A stretch of 64,000 nucleotides of DNA from Waterburya sp. (GTDB lineage: Bacteria; Cyanobacteriota; Cyanobacteriia; Cyanobacteriales; Xenococcaceae). How positions within the stretch are numbered: position 1 is the stretch's first letter; each line of letters opens with the position of its first letter. The notes below the pieces were generated by a model, which worked only from the letters and a program-made list of their open reading frames with translations, had not been told where the DNA came from and did no database searches. The translations under genes were made by a program, and so were the position numbers. The stretch is from the NCBI GenBank assembly GCA_965217895.1, contig CBDCJV010000002.1, positions 1,760,001 through 1,824,000 of the forward strand, in the 5' to 3' direction. Of the stretch, positions 45,085 to 55,915 are shown one piece after another.

Positions 45085-45390
45085 ATGCAGTTAGAATATT
45101 TTTTGGGACTGGCAGCAGCCTTGTTTTGTATAGGCATTTATGGTTTGATTACCAGCCGTAATGCGGTAAGAGTTTTGATGTCAATTGAATTAATGCTTAA
45201 TGCCGTTAATCTAAATTTAGTGGGATTCTCTAACTATTTAGACCCCAGCAACATTAAAGGTCAGGTATTTTCAGTATTTGTCATCACGGTAGCAGCAGCA
45301 GAAGCTGCGGTTGGCTTGGCAATTGTGCTGGCTATTTATCGCAATCGTGATACGATCGACATGGAGCAATTTAATTTGCTTAAATGGTAG
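45085..45390 (+). CDS. ndhE: NDH-1 subunit E
   Basis: [24 protein letters not shown]. Confidence 0.97.
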   Translation: MQLEYFLGLAAALFCIGIYGLITSRNAVRVLMSIELMLNAVNLNLVGFSNYLDPSNIKGQVFSVFVITVAAAEAAVGLAIVLAIYRNRDTIDMEQFNLLKW

Positions 45391-45583
45391 TTTTTAAAGC
45401 TTTTTCTTGTCAGAAATTGCTCCGCCACGTCCGATATGAACGCCTGGGATTTCGCCAGGCGATACGGACTCATAAACGGACTGGTCTATCTTTGACATAG
45501 AATAGAGTTAGAATTAGTTGAAGTGCTATTATTTTTTCATGAAGACCTATTTGTTCAAAATAGTTTTTCTGTTAATTTGATTG

Positions 45584-45656
45584 GGGCGCGTGGCTCAGTG
45601 GATAGAGCAACAGGTTCCGGTCCTGTAGGTCAGAGGTTCGAGTCCTCTCGCGCTCA
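45584..45656 (+). tRNA. tRNA-Arg(CCG)
   Basis: GGGCGCG/CGCGCTC acceptor stem, ACAGG-TTCCGGT-CCTGT anticodon arm, GGTTCGAGTCC. Confidence 0.95.
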
Positions 45657-45820
45657 TTAAGTAAAAGCAATATACCAAAAGGGTTGTAGAGAAGGTACTG
45701 TTTTTTGCAACTCTTTCTTTTCAGGGCTTGATACCAGTTAAAATTTGTCTGGATATTTTGGTAGGATTGAAACTTATATTTACTAAAAAACTAATGTTCA
45801 ATCAGTTCGGGGCATTGCAG

Positions 45821-45990
45821 TTATACTAAATCCGATTTACAACACGGGAGTGGAATATGCTTTTTAACCAAAAGCATTTCCTCCCGTCAAAACCTACTTT
45901 TAAATTAGAAATTCAGAACGGGATTAAAACCATCTGGCATCTGCCTTCACACAACTTTTAAATGATGTATTTCAATAGGATTTGGTATTA
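45821..45990. mobile_element. Probable MITE with internal hairpin
   Basis: Imperfect TIRs TTATACTAAATCCGATT / AATAGGATTTGGTATTA; internal hairpin CGGGAG..GAA.ATGCTTTT..AAAAGCATTTCCTCCCG. Confidence 0.5.
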
Positions 45991-47289
45991 TTACTGACCA
46001 CCACTGCTAACAAAAAAAGTAGCAATAATCCCCCCAGCCAGCCAAATATAAGATAAGATAGCTAGCCAATACAGTAGCGTTTCAGTAAATCCTTGTTTGC
46101 CTCCACCAGGATCGTGTCCACTATGACCTTCGTGTTCTTGATGTTCTTGATGCTGATGTTGCTGGTGCTGTTTTTTTTGCTTTTTACCACTTCCAAAACG
46201 CAACCATGCTAGGACTCCTGTAGCTGCTAAAAATATCAAATTAAGCCAGAAGGTATAGTCGATCGCAAAACGTTCGGTTGACTGAGGGCTGTTACCTGCT
46301 GCACTTTTGGGTAAAACACCAAACAAAGAAAAGCCATAGTGCATCAAAATTGCCGTTGCTACCAAGGCTGCAAAAAATACACCTACAATATATAAAGCAA
46401 CCTTCCAACCATAATATTTAGCATTGACGCGAATTACGGGGAACACGACCAAATCGCTAAAAATAAAAGCCATTACCCCTGCAAAGCTAACGCCGTTGTT
46501 AAATAGAATTGCAGCCAGGGGGATATTACCCATCGAACCAATAAAGGTAAAAAAGGCTGCTATTGGTCCGACGACTGCATTTTCTAAAACGGCAAAAAAG
46601 CTAGGATTTTGCGTACCCGCACCTATAAATAGAGTCTGGAAAAAAGAACGAGGTACAAATGCCGCAATAACCCCTGCTATAGTAAAGCCAAAGGTTACAT
46701 CTTTCCAGACCATACCCCATTCCATAAAGTATTTTTTGGCTACCTGTTGCCATCCCTTTTTGCTGGTAATTTTGTCTTTCCAGTCAGGGGCGTTTTTGTC
46801 CTGTTTGTTTTCTCCTTCTTGTTCGTTTAAGCGTCTTCTAGCTTTTCTGATTAACTCTTTAGGACGAGTGTAGTTAACAATTAGCCAGGTAAAAAGGATT
46901 AAGAAAATTCCACCGAGATATTCACCGACGACAAATTGCCAGCCTAAGAAGATAGCGATAATAAAGCCAAGTTCGATTACGAGATTGGTTGAAGCTAATA
47001 AAAAAGCCAGAGAAGGAACAAATCCCGCACCTTTTTTGAATAAAGATTTGGTGGTAGATAAAGCTGCAAAGCTACAGGAACTAGAGAGAAAACCAAAGAA
47101 AGTGCCGATCGCAATACTTTTTTTGCCCGCTTTTCCCATAGTTTTCTGCATTCGTTCGCGAGTAACAAATACCTGGATCGCACTACTGATAATATAGCCC
47201 ACAACAAATGCCCATAACGCCTTCCAAAAGAAGCTTAGGGAGGTTAATACAGCATCACTATATAGTTGCCAAAAATTAGCGTCATTCAT
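45991..47289 (-). CDS. Predicted permease (DUF318/UPF0718/ArsP-like) with His-rich loop
   Basis: SSSCSFAA, ASTNLVIELG, SMGNIPLA, FIFSDL; many TMs; HQQHQHQEHQEHEGHSGH. Confidence 0.82.
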   Translation of the reverse strand: MNDANFWQLYSDAVLTSLSFFWKALWAFVVGYIISSAIQVFVTRERMQKTMGKAGKKSIAIGTFFGFLSSSCSFAALSTTKSLFKKGAGFVPSLAFLLASTNLVIELGFIIAIFLGWQFVVGEYLGGIFLILFTWLIVNYTRPKELIRKARRRLNEQEGENKQDKNAPDWKDKITSKKGWQQVAKKYFMEWGMVWKDVTFGFTIAGVIAAFVPRSFFQTLFIGAGTQNPSFFAVLENAVVGPIAAFFTFIGSMGNIPLAAILFNNGVSFAGVMAFIFSDLVVFPVIRVNAKYYGWKVALYIVGVFFAALVATAILMHYGFSLFGVLPKSAAGNSPQSTERFAIDYTFWLNLIFLAATGVLAWLRFGSGKKQKKQHQQHQHQEHQEHEGHSGHDPGGGKQGFTETLLYWLAILSYIWLAGGIIATFFVSSGGQ

Positions 47290-47709
47290 GTTTAGTTAGT
47301 CTTTAAAATAATCGAGTAAAACTTTAAGTCAGCGTTATATCGCTGTTCTACAGCAATGTCTACGTTGGACGCATTTGGTAATAACAATACACCCTACCAA
47401 GAAGAGTTTTATTAAGCCTGTTCAAAGCATAATGAATAGCTCAAGTCGTGTATTTCACTTTTCCGTTTGGAAACATCGCGACCCTTTGCCTATCTTCAAC
47501 ATAAAGTCAATTAATGTTTTACTCATCTATCAAATGAAATAGTCTAAAAATCTATCTAAAAGCCAGTCGATATTTCATCCTGATTTCATTTTTATCTGAT
47601 AAGTGCCATTTAGTTTGGTAAAGTTAATTAGCCTTTTTGAATCTGGTTGTTTGTGCTTTAAGGTTTATAAATTGAGATTAGATACACAAATTATCATGTA
47701 AGAATAAAC

Positions 47710-47925
47710 TCAGCCAAGACCCATATTTCCTAAAATAATTTCTTGAAATTCAATTAGATTATTATCGCGATCGCGATAATAAGTAGACTTATGACCTTGA
47801 TTGGGAAATGAGCAAATTTTATTTACTAATTCAACGCCTTTCTCCTTCAAATACTCGCAGGTTTCATCCAAATTTTTAACTTTTAGAGTCAAAACTACGG
47901 TGTCATCATTGTCTGCAAAAGTCAT
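47710..47925 (-). pseudogene. VOC/glyoxalase-family C-terminal fragment
   Basis: LKVKNLDE....LKEKGV...YYRDRDNNLIEF; N-terminal half absent. Confidence 0.6.
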
Positions 47926-48083
47926 AAACTCTGAACCGCCCTATCCCTACCTAAGTCTCTCGCTACTAATGATAAATGGTATGAGTTTGTCCAAATGACC
48001 ATTCTGTTCTGTCTGTACTCAATATCCAAGGTTGCGGTATATCCATGATGCTGATTATTGTTCTGGCAATTACTGTCGATCGC

Positions 48084-49061
48084 TTATCGAGTTTGAAAGA
48101 TATTCTGTACCATTGGCTTGTCTATTTGGGCTGCTGCACGATCTAATTCTGCTACTTCTCCTGCGTCTAGTTGCCAGTCTTTAGCAGCAATATTTTCTTG
48201 CGCCTGTTGAATATTTTTTGCCCCAGGAATGGGAATTGCACCTTTAGCGATGCACCAGTTGATCGATACTTGAGACATGGTTTTCTGGCGGTATAAAGCG
48301 ATCGCCCGAACACAGTCTAAGAGTGGTTTGGCTTCGGGAACTAGTCTTTTAAACAGTAATCCCCGCAAGCCTTTGGGATAGGTTTCAGGGTCAGTATATT
48401 TACCTGTTAAGATACCCAGACACAAAGGACTATAGGCAATTAACTTAATACCTAATTCATCACAGGCAGCTTTGATATCTAGTTCCGTTACAGGATAAGT
48501 TGAAAGCAGGGAGTACTGCACCTGTAAAGTTGCAATAGGAATATTACGGCTACTAAATTTCTCAGCTACTTTTTTCAATCTCTTTGTTCCATAGTTAGAC
48601 AGTCCCACCCCTTTAATCAATCCCTGTTCGTATAAATCAGCCAAGCCGTCTAAAAGCTGCCATTCTTGCCAAGGAAAGTAATTAGCCGTTGACCAGTGCA
48701 TCTGTGCCAAATCCACCCTACCCATACGTTGTATTGAAGCTTTCCCCGCAGCCACCATCGAACCTCTAGTTAATCGCCAGGGATATGCCGCCAACTTAGT
48801 CGCCAGACAGATATCATTTTTATTCACCCCTGAATATTCCTGTGCAAATTTCCCTAGTAGCTTTTCACTCTGACCATTAAACTTACCCGTACCGTAAGAA
48901 TCCCCAGTGTCAAACAAAGTTACGTTACTAGCAACGCAGAGATTAAATACCTCCTGTAACTGGCTATCCATACTTTCGTCATAACCCCACAGCAGGCGGT
49001 TTCCCCACGCCCAAGTCCCGCAACCCATTGGCGGAAAAATCAGCTTTTTAGTAGTTGACAT
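48084..49061 (-). CDS. Aldo/keto reductase
   Basis: GCGTWAWG, FDTGDSYG, GVGLSNY, AYSPL..GILTGKY, IPIPGAK. Confidence 0.93.
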   Translation of the reverse strand: MSTTKKLIFPPMGCGTWAWGNRLLWGYDESMDSQLQEVFNLCVASNVTLFDTGDSYGTGKFNGQSEKLLGKFAQEYSGVNKNDICLATKLAAYPWRLTRGSMVAAGKASIQRMGRVDLAQMHWSTANYFPWQEWQLLDGLADLYEQGLIKGVGLSNYGTKRLKKVAEKFSSRNIPIATLQVQYSLLSTYPVTELDIKAACDELGIKLIAYSPLCLGILTGKYTDPETYPKGLRGLLFKRLVPEAKPLLDCVRAIALYRQKTMSQVSINWCIAKGAIPIPGAKNIQQAQENIAAKDWQLDAGEVAELDRAAAQIDKPMVQNIFQTR

Positions 49062-49219
49062 AATAACTCTTTATTTTAATTTGATAGGATATAAAAATAA
49101 AATCGGCTAAAATTAGCGAAATAAGCCTAAGTTACCAGAAAAATATCAGTTATTTGCCAAAGTCTAAAACCTAATCAAAACAAATTTTATCCTGAGAATG
49201 CCTTGTATTAAATTGAAAA

Positions 49220-49807
49220 ATGCTAACTCAAAAATTACTATCTCATCGCTTTAGTTTAGAAGAATATCTGAATTTTTCTCAGGTAGATTCGGAAAAAACA
49301 TATGAATTAGAAAATGGACAGTTGCGAGAAATGCCACCTAAATCTTGGCAAAATACGAAAATAGCTATGTATTTGCTAGTGGAAATAGCAAAGGTTATAT
49401 CTTTTGAACGTATTTCTCTCAAAACCGAAATAATTACTAGTGGTAATCGAGTAAATGCCAGAATGCCTGACTTAGTTGTTTTATCTCCTGAAGGACTGTC
49501 TGAAATAGAACTGTACAAACGTGCTGTTGTGACTTTAGATATGCCTCCTCCAGTTTTGGTAGTCGAAGTGGTTTCTCCAGGAAAAGCCAATCGCGATCGC
49601 GATTACAGATACAAGCGTTCAGAGTATGCTGCAAGAGGAATTGAGCATTACTGGATTATAGATCCCCAAGAGCAAAAATTTGTTTGTTTGCAACTCCAAG
49701 ATGGTTTATATGAATCAGAAATTCATGATGTTGGTAGCAAGATGATTTGTTTTGACAGACCTTTCAAACTAAATATAGATTGTAGTCAAATATTTCCAGT
49801 GCAGTAA
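49220..49807 (+). CDS. Uma2-family endonuclease (DUF820)
   Basis: YELENG, PDLVVL, LVVEVVSPG, DYRYKRSEYAARGI..YWIIDP. Confidence 0.92.
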   Translation: MLTQKLLSHRFSLEEYLNFSQVDSEKTYELENGQLREMPPKSWQNTKIAMYLLVEIAKVISFERISLKTEIITSGNRVNARMPDLVVLSPEGLSEIELYKRAVVTLDMPPPVLVVEVVSPGKANRDRDYRYKRSEYAARGIEHYWIIDPQEQKFVCLQLQDGLYESEIHDVGSKMICFDRPFKLNIDCSQIFPVQ

Positions 49808-49841
49808 AAGGCATTGGTAATTTAATGTATTAGGTATAAGT

Positions 49842-51560
49842 ATGAACTCGCAACTCCCTTTAGGTTCAGTCATTCAAGGTTCTTTAACCAAAGGTTTAGA
49901 AGTAAGATTACACCCTGACGTATCAGTTGAAGATATGCGAGTCGGTAAATTCCTAGTAATTCAGGGAACTAGGTCACGTTTCTTTTGCCTGTTGACTGAT
50001 GTATCTCTTGGGTGTTCGAGCGATCGCATTATTGCCAATCCCCCGCCTATTGAAGATACTTTCTTACGGGATGTTTTAGCAGGAAGCGGTACTTATGGTA
50101 CTGTTGCTCTTTCGCCTATGCTGATGTTTACCCCCACAGCCACTAATAGCGATTTTCCTAGTCTACCTATAGATCCAGATAAGGATACAAGTTTGGGTTC
50201 GCTACAGGCACAAACTAGCATTGATATGGAACTGTTACCCGTTAAGACAATTCCTGCCCACTTTAGCCAAGTTTACGAAGCCACCGAACATGATTTCCGC
50301 AGTGTCTTTGGTTGGGAAGACGATCCTTTTCGTCGCAATTTTTCTATTGGTGAACCTTTAGATATGAATGTGCCTGTCTGTATCGATCTCGATCGCTTTG
50401 TAGAACGTAGTAATGGAATCTTCGGCAAATCTGGAACTGGTAAATCTTTTCTTACTCGTCTTTTGCTTTCTGGAGTGATTCGCAAGGATGCAGCAGTCAA
50501 TCTGATGTTTGATATGCACTCAGAATATGGCTGGGAAGCAATGAAAGAAGGAAAGCAGGTAAGCACCGTTAAAGGCTTGCGTCAGCTTTTCCCTGGGAAA
50601 GTAGAAATGTATACTCTTGACCCCGAATCTACCAAGCGCAGAGGCGTTAGGGATGCCCAGGAACTTTATCTCAGCTACGATCAAATTGAAATTGAAGACC
50701 TAAAGTTAGTCTCTTCCGAATTAGGTCTATCTGAAGCAGCAATGGACAACGCCAACATCTTATATAACGAATATGGTAAGTCTTGGATCATGCGCCTGGT
50801 AAACATGACCAACGAAGATATTAAAATGTTCTGCGAAGCCAAACAAGGACATCAAGGTTCAATTTCTTCTTTGCAGCGTAAATTGATGCGTCTCGATAGC
50901 CTAAAATATATTCGTTCAGCCTGTCCCCACAACTATATCGAACAATTGATTCAAGCTTTAGATGCAGGGAAAAATATCATCATCGAATTTGGTTCTCAGT
51001 CTAATATGCTGTCCTATATGCTGGCAACCAATATGATTACCCGTCGTATTCACTCTAGCTACGTCAAAAAAGCCGATCGCTTTTTACAAACCAAAAACCC
51101 CCTCGATAAACCCCGCCAGCTAGTAATTACCATTGAAGAAGCGCACCGTTTCCTCGATTCAAGTATTGTCCATCAAACCATCTTTGGCACGATCGCCCGT
51201 GAAATGCGCAAGTATTTTGTTACTCTTTTAGTGGTAGATCAGCGTCCTTCGGGAATTGATAATGAAGTCATGTCCCAAATTGGTACTCGTGTTACCTGCT
51301 TGCTTAATGACGAAAAAGATATTGAGGCGATCTTTACAGGGGTTTCTGGGGGAGCTAATTTAAAGTCAGTTTTAGCTAAACTAGACTCCAAACAACAAGC
51401 TTTAATCTTAGGTCATGCTGTACCGATGCCTGTAGTAGTGCGCACTAGGGCATACGATGCTCAATTCTACCGCGAGATTGGCTGCACTGACTGGGAAGAA
51501 ATGCCCAATGAAGAGGTGTATGCAGCAGCAGAAGTTGCCAAAGCAGATTTAGGTTTTTAA
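49842..51560 (+). CDS. HerA-like ATPase (DUF87)
   Basis: N-terminal HAS-barrel-like region, GKSGTGKS, FDMHSEY, IEEAHRF, IAREMRK, DQRPS. Confidence 0.88.
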   Translation: MNSQLPLGSVIQGSLTKGLEVRLHPDVSVEDMRVGKFLVIQGTRSRFFCLLTDVSLGCSSDRIIANPPPIEDTFLRDVLAGSGTYGTVALSPMLMFTPTATNSDFPSLPIDPDKDTSLGSLQAQTSIDMELLPVKTIPAHFSQVYEATEHDFRSVFGWEDDPFRRNFSIGEPLDMNVPVCIDLDRFVERSNGIFGKSGTGKSFLTRLLLSGVIRKDAAVNLMFDMHSEYGWEAMKEGKQVSTVKGLRQLFPGKVEMYTLDPESTKRRGVRDAQELYLSYDQIEIEDLKLVSSELGLSEAAMDNANILYNEYGKSWIMRLVNMTNEDIKMFCEAKQGHQGSISSLQRKLMRLDSLKYIRSACPHNYIEQLIQALDAGKNIIIEFGSQSNMLSYMLATNMITRRIHSSYVKKADRFLQTKNPLDKPRQLVITIEEAHRFLDSSIVHQTIFGTIAREMRKYFVTLLVVDQRPSGIDNEVMSQIGTRVTCLLNDEKDIEAIFTGVSGGANLKSVLAKLDSKQQALILGHAVPMPVVVRTRAYDAQFYREIGCTDWEEMPNEEVYAAAEVAKADLGF

Positions 51561-51613
51561 TCTGTGAAGATCACTTGCTTAAGCAGCTTAAAAATACTGC
51601 TCTCGAACTCTGA

Positions 51614-52396
51614 CTAAAGTAAAAATTGCAACAATAATGAACCAATACTGCCTATAAATTTACCTATGTTACCCATTCCTCCTTCTTGCTGAGTTGCATT
51701 ATCTTCTGCTTCCTGAATTAAAGCCATTTTTTGCTGAAAATCCACAGCAGTTTTGTAGCCTAGTTGATGTTCTTGCTTTTTAAATAACTTAGCTGCGATC
51801 GCCGTATTTTTTTTAGCTTCTGCTCTTCGATCAAAGTTATATTCAATAATGGCTAATCCCAGGTAAGATGGAGCTAATTCAGGATCTATTTTAATTGCTT
51901 TACGGTAATTAGCGATCGCAGCATTATAATTTCCCCGCGCGGCTTCTTTGACTCCCCAACGGTGAAACTGTTCTGCCGATGCAGCCGTCTCAGATAAACC
52001 TTTAATTCCTTCTAAGTGAGCAGAATCAAGGTCAACTTCGGTCAAATTAGTGTTGCCTACATAAGCATTCCTAAGATCCGTACCAGCTAAATTTGCACCC
52101 GTTAAATTTGCCCCCGTTAGATTTGCTCCATTCAGGGATGCGCCTGTTAAATTTGCGCCCGTTAAATTTGCGCCTGCTAGATTTGCCTGACTCAAATTTG
52201 CCCCCGTAAGATCCGCCTGAAGCAAGTCAGCCCCCTTCAAATCTGCCTGTACTAATCCAGAGCTATTTAGGTCACATTGAGAACACTTTTTAGTACTTAA
52301 AAGTTGATTTAAATCAGTTAAACTTTCAGCTTGAGCAGGTAAAGATAAAGCAACAGTAGCTGAGGTAATGATTACAGATAGTAATTGAGATTTCAT
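51614..52396 (-). CDS. Secreted pentapeptide-repeat plus TPR protein
   Basis: Signal peptide, A(N/D)LxG repeats, TPR-like helix pair. Confidence 0.88.
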   Translation of the reverse strand: MKSQLLSVIITSATVALSLPAQAESLTDLNQLLSTKKCSQCDLNSSGLVQADLKGADLLQADLTGANLSQANLAGANLTGANLTGASLNGANLTGANLTGANLAGTDLRNAYVGNTNLTEVDLDSAHLEGIKGLSETAASAEQFHRWGVKEAARGNYNAAIANYRKAIKIDPELAPSYLGLAIIEYNFDRRAEAKKNTAIAAKLFKKQEHQLGYKTAVDFQQKMALIQEAEDNATQQEGGMGNIGKFIGSIGSLLLQFLL

Positions 52397-52563
52397 AGAT
52401 TTTAAAATAAAGCGTTAAGATTCCGCCATTTTAGCCTCTATAAATTTCAAATGTAGAATACTAGTAGACATGAGCGTAAGTGAAGACACCATTTAGTTGA
52501 CCTCAAACCTTGACTATATCTAACTTGCTATCTGCACACGCTCCAGAACGCGCTACTTGCTAC

Positions 52564-53454
52564 TTATCTTTTCGGATCGAGAGCATCCCTTAGTCCATCG
52601 CCAATATAGTTAATACTTAATACCGTCAAAAATATTGCCATGCCAGGAAAAATTGCCATGTAAGGAGCAGAAGTTAAATAATCTTTTGCCTCAAACAACA
52701 TTCGTCCCCAAGTTGGCACATCAGGAGGAAAACCTAAACCTAGAAAACTTAAGGTAGATTCGGTAATAATAGCGTTACCAACCGATAGGGTAGCAGCCAC
52801 AATAATGACGCTTAAAACATTAGGAAATAAATGTGTCCAAATAAGCCGACTGGGTTTTGCGCCGATCGCTCTGGCTGCGCTAATAAATTCTAACTCTTTA
52901 AGTTTAAGAAAATCTGCTCTAACTAATCTGGCTACCGACATCCAATTCAATCCGCCGATCAGCAAGACAATTAAAATGAATATGCCTAATTCTGCCCCAG
53001 CAACTTTTTTAATTGAATCGCGAAACAGATAAACAATTAAAAGTAATAAAGGTAATTGAGGTAATGCCAAAAATAAATCAGTAATTCGCATTAAAATCCC
53101 ATCAATAATACCGCCATAAAACCCAGCGATCGCGCCCACAATTGTACCGAGAAATATTGCCACCAGCATTGAAGCAATACCCACCGTTAAAGATACTCTG
53201 CCTCCCTGCAAGATTCTCGCTAATTGATCTTGCCCTAAATCATTTGTACCAAAAGGATGTTCCCAGCTAGGAGGTGCAGAAGATGCCAGGAAATCTATTT
53301 TATCAGCAGAATTAGTATAGATAAAAGGAGCAAAAACAACCGCCAAAGCGATAATTAGAATTACTATTGAGCCAAATAGCGCAGGCTTGTCTCGTTTATA
53401 CCTGCGCCAGCTGTCCAACCATAAATTGCTTTCAACTTGTTTAACAGAATTCAT
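52564..53454 (-). CDS. Peptide ABC transporter permease (DppC/OppC)
   Basis: HPFGTNDLGQD, ARLVRA, EFISAARAIGA, LSFLGLG, GDGLRDALDP. Confidence 0.93.
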   Translation of the reverse strand: MNSVKQVESNLWLDSWRRYKRDKPALFGSIVILIIALAVVFAPFIYTNSADKIDFLASSAPPSWEHPFGTNDLGQDQLARILQGGRVSLTVGIASMLVAIFLGTIVGAIAGFYGGIIDGILMRITDLFLALPQLPLLLLIVYLFRDSIKKVAGAELGIFILIVLLIGGLNWMSVARLVRADFLKLKELEFISAARAIGAKPSRLIWTHLFPNVLSVIIVAATLSVGNAIITESTLSFLGLGFPPDVPTWGRMLFEAKDYLTSAPYMAIFPGMAIFLTVLSINYIGDGLRDALDPKR

Positions 53455-53666
53455 GTATGGACTACTGATTACTAATTACTGTCTCAGTATTATCTTGTTT
53501 AACGGGAGTTTTGGCAGAGGACAATCAGCTTTTCTGGGAACGGTTGCTACTCTTTTTGGTTTTTGCCCTGTAAAAAGGCGATCGCTATAGCTTAACTTTA
53601 ATTAATTTTGTGGATAACAGTTTCTCTTTCTGTTTGATTTTCAGCCTTGTTGTCGTTTCCACAGAC

Positions 53667-53704
53667 TAAAATGAGCAAGTTGATAAATCAACTTGCTCAT
53701 TTTA
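53667..53704. terminator. Perfect 18-bp inverted repeat, probable terminator of the 53708-54220 gene
   Basis: TAAAATGAGCAAGTTGAT-AA-ATCAACTTGCTCATTTTA. Confidence 0.65.
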
Positions 53705-53707
53705 AAA

Positions 53708-54220
53708 TTAATTTTTACGCCGATATAAAACGTTGACGATTAGCCTCGCAATAATTTTAAAAAAGCTAGGCTTACGTTCATTAGAAGTAGAAGATATTGA
53801 AGGTTCTTGCTCTTTGTTTTCTGATTCTTTTACGGCATCAACTTGTTGTGGTTTTGAAGTTGCTTCTGACTCTGTTTCAGCCACATTAGTCTCTTTAGCT
53901 ACTCCTTCTGAGTCCGTAAAAGTTTCAGATGCTGAATGCTCTGTTGCTGAAGATGATAAAGCATGACACTTATTAAGGAACTCTTCTAGTTTTTGACGGT
54001 CTTCTAAAGCTGTTTGACGTGCATTTGCAGCGCACTGAGCAATATCATCTTTGCCGATGTAAAAAAGCCATCTTTCTAGATCTTCTCTGACTAAATAATT
54101 AGTGCCATCGTCAGGGAACTGTTGACACAATTGCAATAAATCATCGGCATTATGGGCTAGTTGACCATTGGAAAAATGAAAGGGCTGGTTCATAATCTTT
54201 GGTTGTATTTTATCAATCAA
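53708..54220 (-). CDS. Hypothetical protein (small N-terminal domain, acidic linker, amphipathic C-terminal helix)
   Basis: FHFSNGQLA....L..LC...P.....L..ED.ERWL pattern; start probably MNQPF. Confidence 0.7.
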   Translation of the reverse strand: MIDKIQPKIMNQPFHFSNGQLAHNADDLLQLCQQFPDDGTNYLVREDLERWLFYIGKDDIAQCAANARQTALEDRQKLEEFLNKCHALSSSATEHSASETFTDSEGVAKETNVAETESEATSKPQQVDAVKESENKEQEPSISSTSNERKPSFFKIIARLIVNVLYRRKN

Positions 54221-54344
54221 GAAAAAAGTTCAACTTTATCTTGGCACAGGTATATTGATACAAACCTTTATAAAGCCTAAATATGTTAACTTATTTATCT
54301 AAAATAAGTTTTTGGGGACAGAATAAGCTTATCTTCAAAATTTT

Positions 54345-55226
54345 CTATCCTGCTTGCTGAGAAAGCACCCTTGCTTTTTGTTTTAACAATCTCAAAGCTC
54401 TATTCTTAATTTGTCTTACTCTTTCTCTGCTGATACCGCAGCGATCGCCTATCTGCTCATAAGTCATTATTTCCCCGTCTTTCAAACCAAAGCGAAGAGC
54501 AATTACATCTCGTTGCTTAGGAGACAAGGTATTTAATAAATCTTCAACCTGAGAACTTAATTCTTTTTCATAAATAAAGTCAGTTGGCGAAGCTGAATCA
54601 TCTGCTAATATTTGCCCTAACTCGGTCTGATTATCATCGATGGTTACGTTGAGGCTTCTTGGCTTAGTAATTTGCGAAGCTCTAAGAATAGATCTAAATT
54701 TCTTCTGGCTAATATCAAGTTCGGCAATTAATTCGTCCTCAGTGGGTTTTCTGCCCAATTTCTGAGACAATTGACGAGTGACTTTTTTAATTTTGTTCAG
54801 GTCTTGAGTAACATGAATCGGCAAGCGAATGGTACGAGCTTGATTAGCGATCGCTCTTGTCATAGCCTGTCTAATCCACCAATAGCTGTAGGTAGAAAAT
54901 TTGTATCCTTTACCTGGGTCAAATTTTTCTGCTGCCCTCATTACACCGATACTGCCTTCTTGGATCAAATCAAGGAAGGACAAACCTCGATTCTGGTATT
55001 TTTTGGCAATAGAAACTACCAGACGTAAATTTGCTCTAGCCATCTTTTGTTTGGCTCGTTGTCCTTTGCGAACAATCTTTTCTTCTTCAGAGGTCAAGTT
55101 ATCTTGCTCTAACAAAGGCATCATCGCCTGAATTTGATTGGCAAGCTCAACCTCTTCTTCTGCTTTTAATAGAGGTGTACGTCCAATTTCTTTTAGATAT
55201 TTAGCGATAGTATTACTTGAATTCAT
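54345..55226 (-). CDS. Group-2-like sigma-70 factor (no region 1.1)
   Basis: [51 protein letters not shown]. Confidence 0.93.
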   Translation of the reverse strand: MNSSNTIAKYLKEIGRTPLLKAEEEVELANQIQAMMPLLEQDNLTSEEEKIVRKGQRAKQKMARANLRLVVSIAKKYQNRGLSFLDLIQEGSIGVMRAAEKFDPGKGYKFSTYSYWWIRQAMTRAIANQARTIRLPIHVTQDLNKIKKVTRQLSQKLGRKPTEDELIAELDISQKKFRSILRASQITKPRSLNVTIDDNQTELGQILADDSASPTDFIYEKELSSQVEDLLNTLSPKQRDVIALRFGLKDGEIMTYEQIGDRCGISRERVRQIKNRALRLLKQKARVLSQQAG

Positions 55227-55511
55227 TTTTAGCTGCTTAGATTAGTTTTATAACTGGCGATCTTCTTTAACTTGTGTAAAAAAGCTTGACAAAAGCTTTA
55301 TTTGGCTTCTTTTTACTTTTCACTAAGTTAATCTTGAAGGAAAATTTAGATACCTTCATAAGAATCGAATTGTGCTGTGCTGCAAGTTTGCTCTTACATT
55401 TGCTACATATATCAATTTTTGTTTGTGGTATACATCCCTCTATAGCAGTAAACTAAAAAACTTCTTCCCACTAGTGAAAGAAGCCTTTGTGGTTAGACTG
55501 CAATTAGATGC

Positions 55512-55724
55512 TTAGTTCTTTTTGACTCCAAACAAAGAATCAACGATATCTTTTTCTTGGCTAATAAATAATTCTTTGTAGAGATTCTCTTTGTAAAGCA
55601 TTTGCTTGTGCATCTGCACAAGTAGCTCTTGCGCTTCCTCACGAGATAGCTGCTTAACCCGGCTTTCAAATACTTTGTGATTAAATTCTTGTTCGACAGA
55701 AAGGCTATTTTCTAATCTGTTCAT
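55512..55724 (-). CDS. nblA: Phycobilisome degradation protein NblA
   Basis: LSVEQEF...F...V..LSREEAQELL....KQML.KEN.YK. Confidence 0.88.
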   Translation of the reverse strand: MNRLENSLSVEQEFNHKVFESRVKQLSREEAQELLVQMHKQMLYKENLYKELFISQEKDIVDSLFGVKKN

Positions 55725-55915
55725 TATTGTTGCCCTCTTTACTTTACACTTACATTGTAAACAAAGTTTAAGAAGACTTGACTCTATCTAGAGTAGTAAT
55801 ATCCGAAATTTAGCCAAAGATTTTTAGAAAGAATAACTATTTGTCGTTTCTTTGATTGAAAAGAATTGAGCGTAGTTCTAACCATTGAGTCTATCGCCAT
55901 TGTCGCTAAACACAA

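Noticed and set aside
49220..51560. Uma2 nuclease plus HerA ATPase as an anti-phage system
   Set aside because: This HerA looks like the conserved cyanobacterial chromosomal type, and Uma2 genes are numerous and scattered in cyanobacteria, so adjacency alone is weak evidence
52080..52250. 15-bp tandem DNA repeats
   Set aside because: Explained by pentapeptide-repeat coding (ANLTG)
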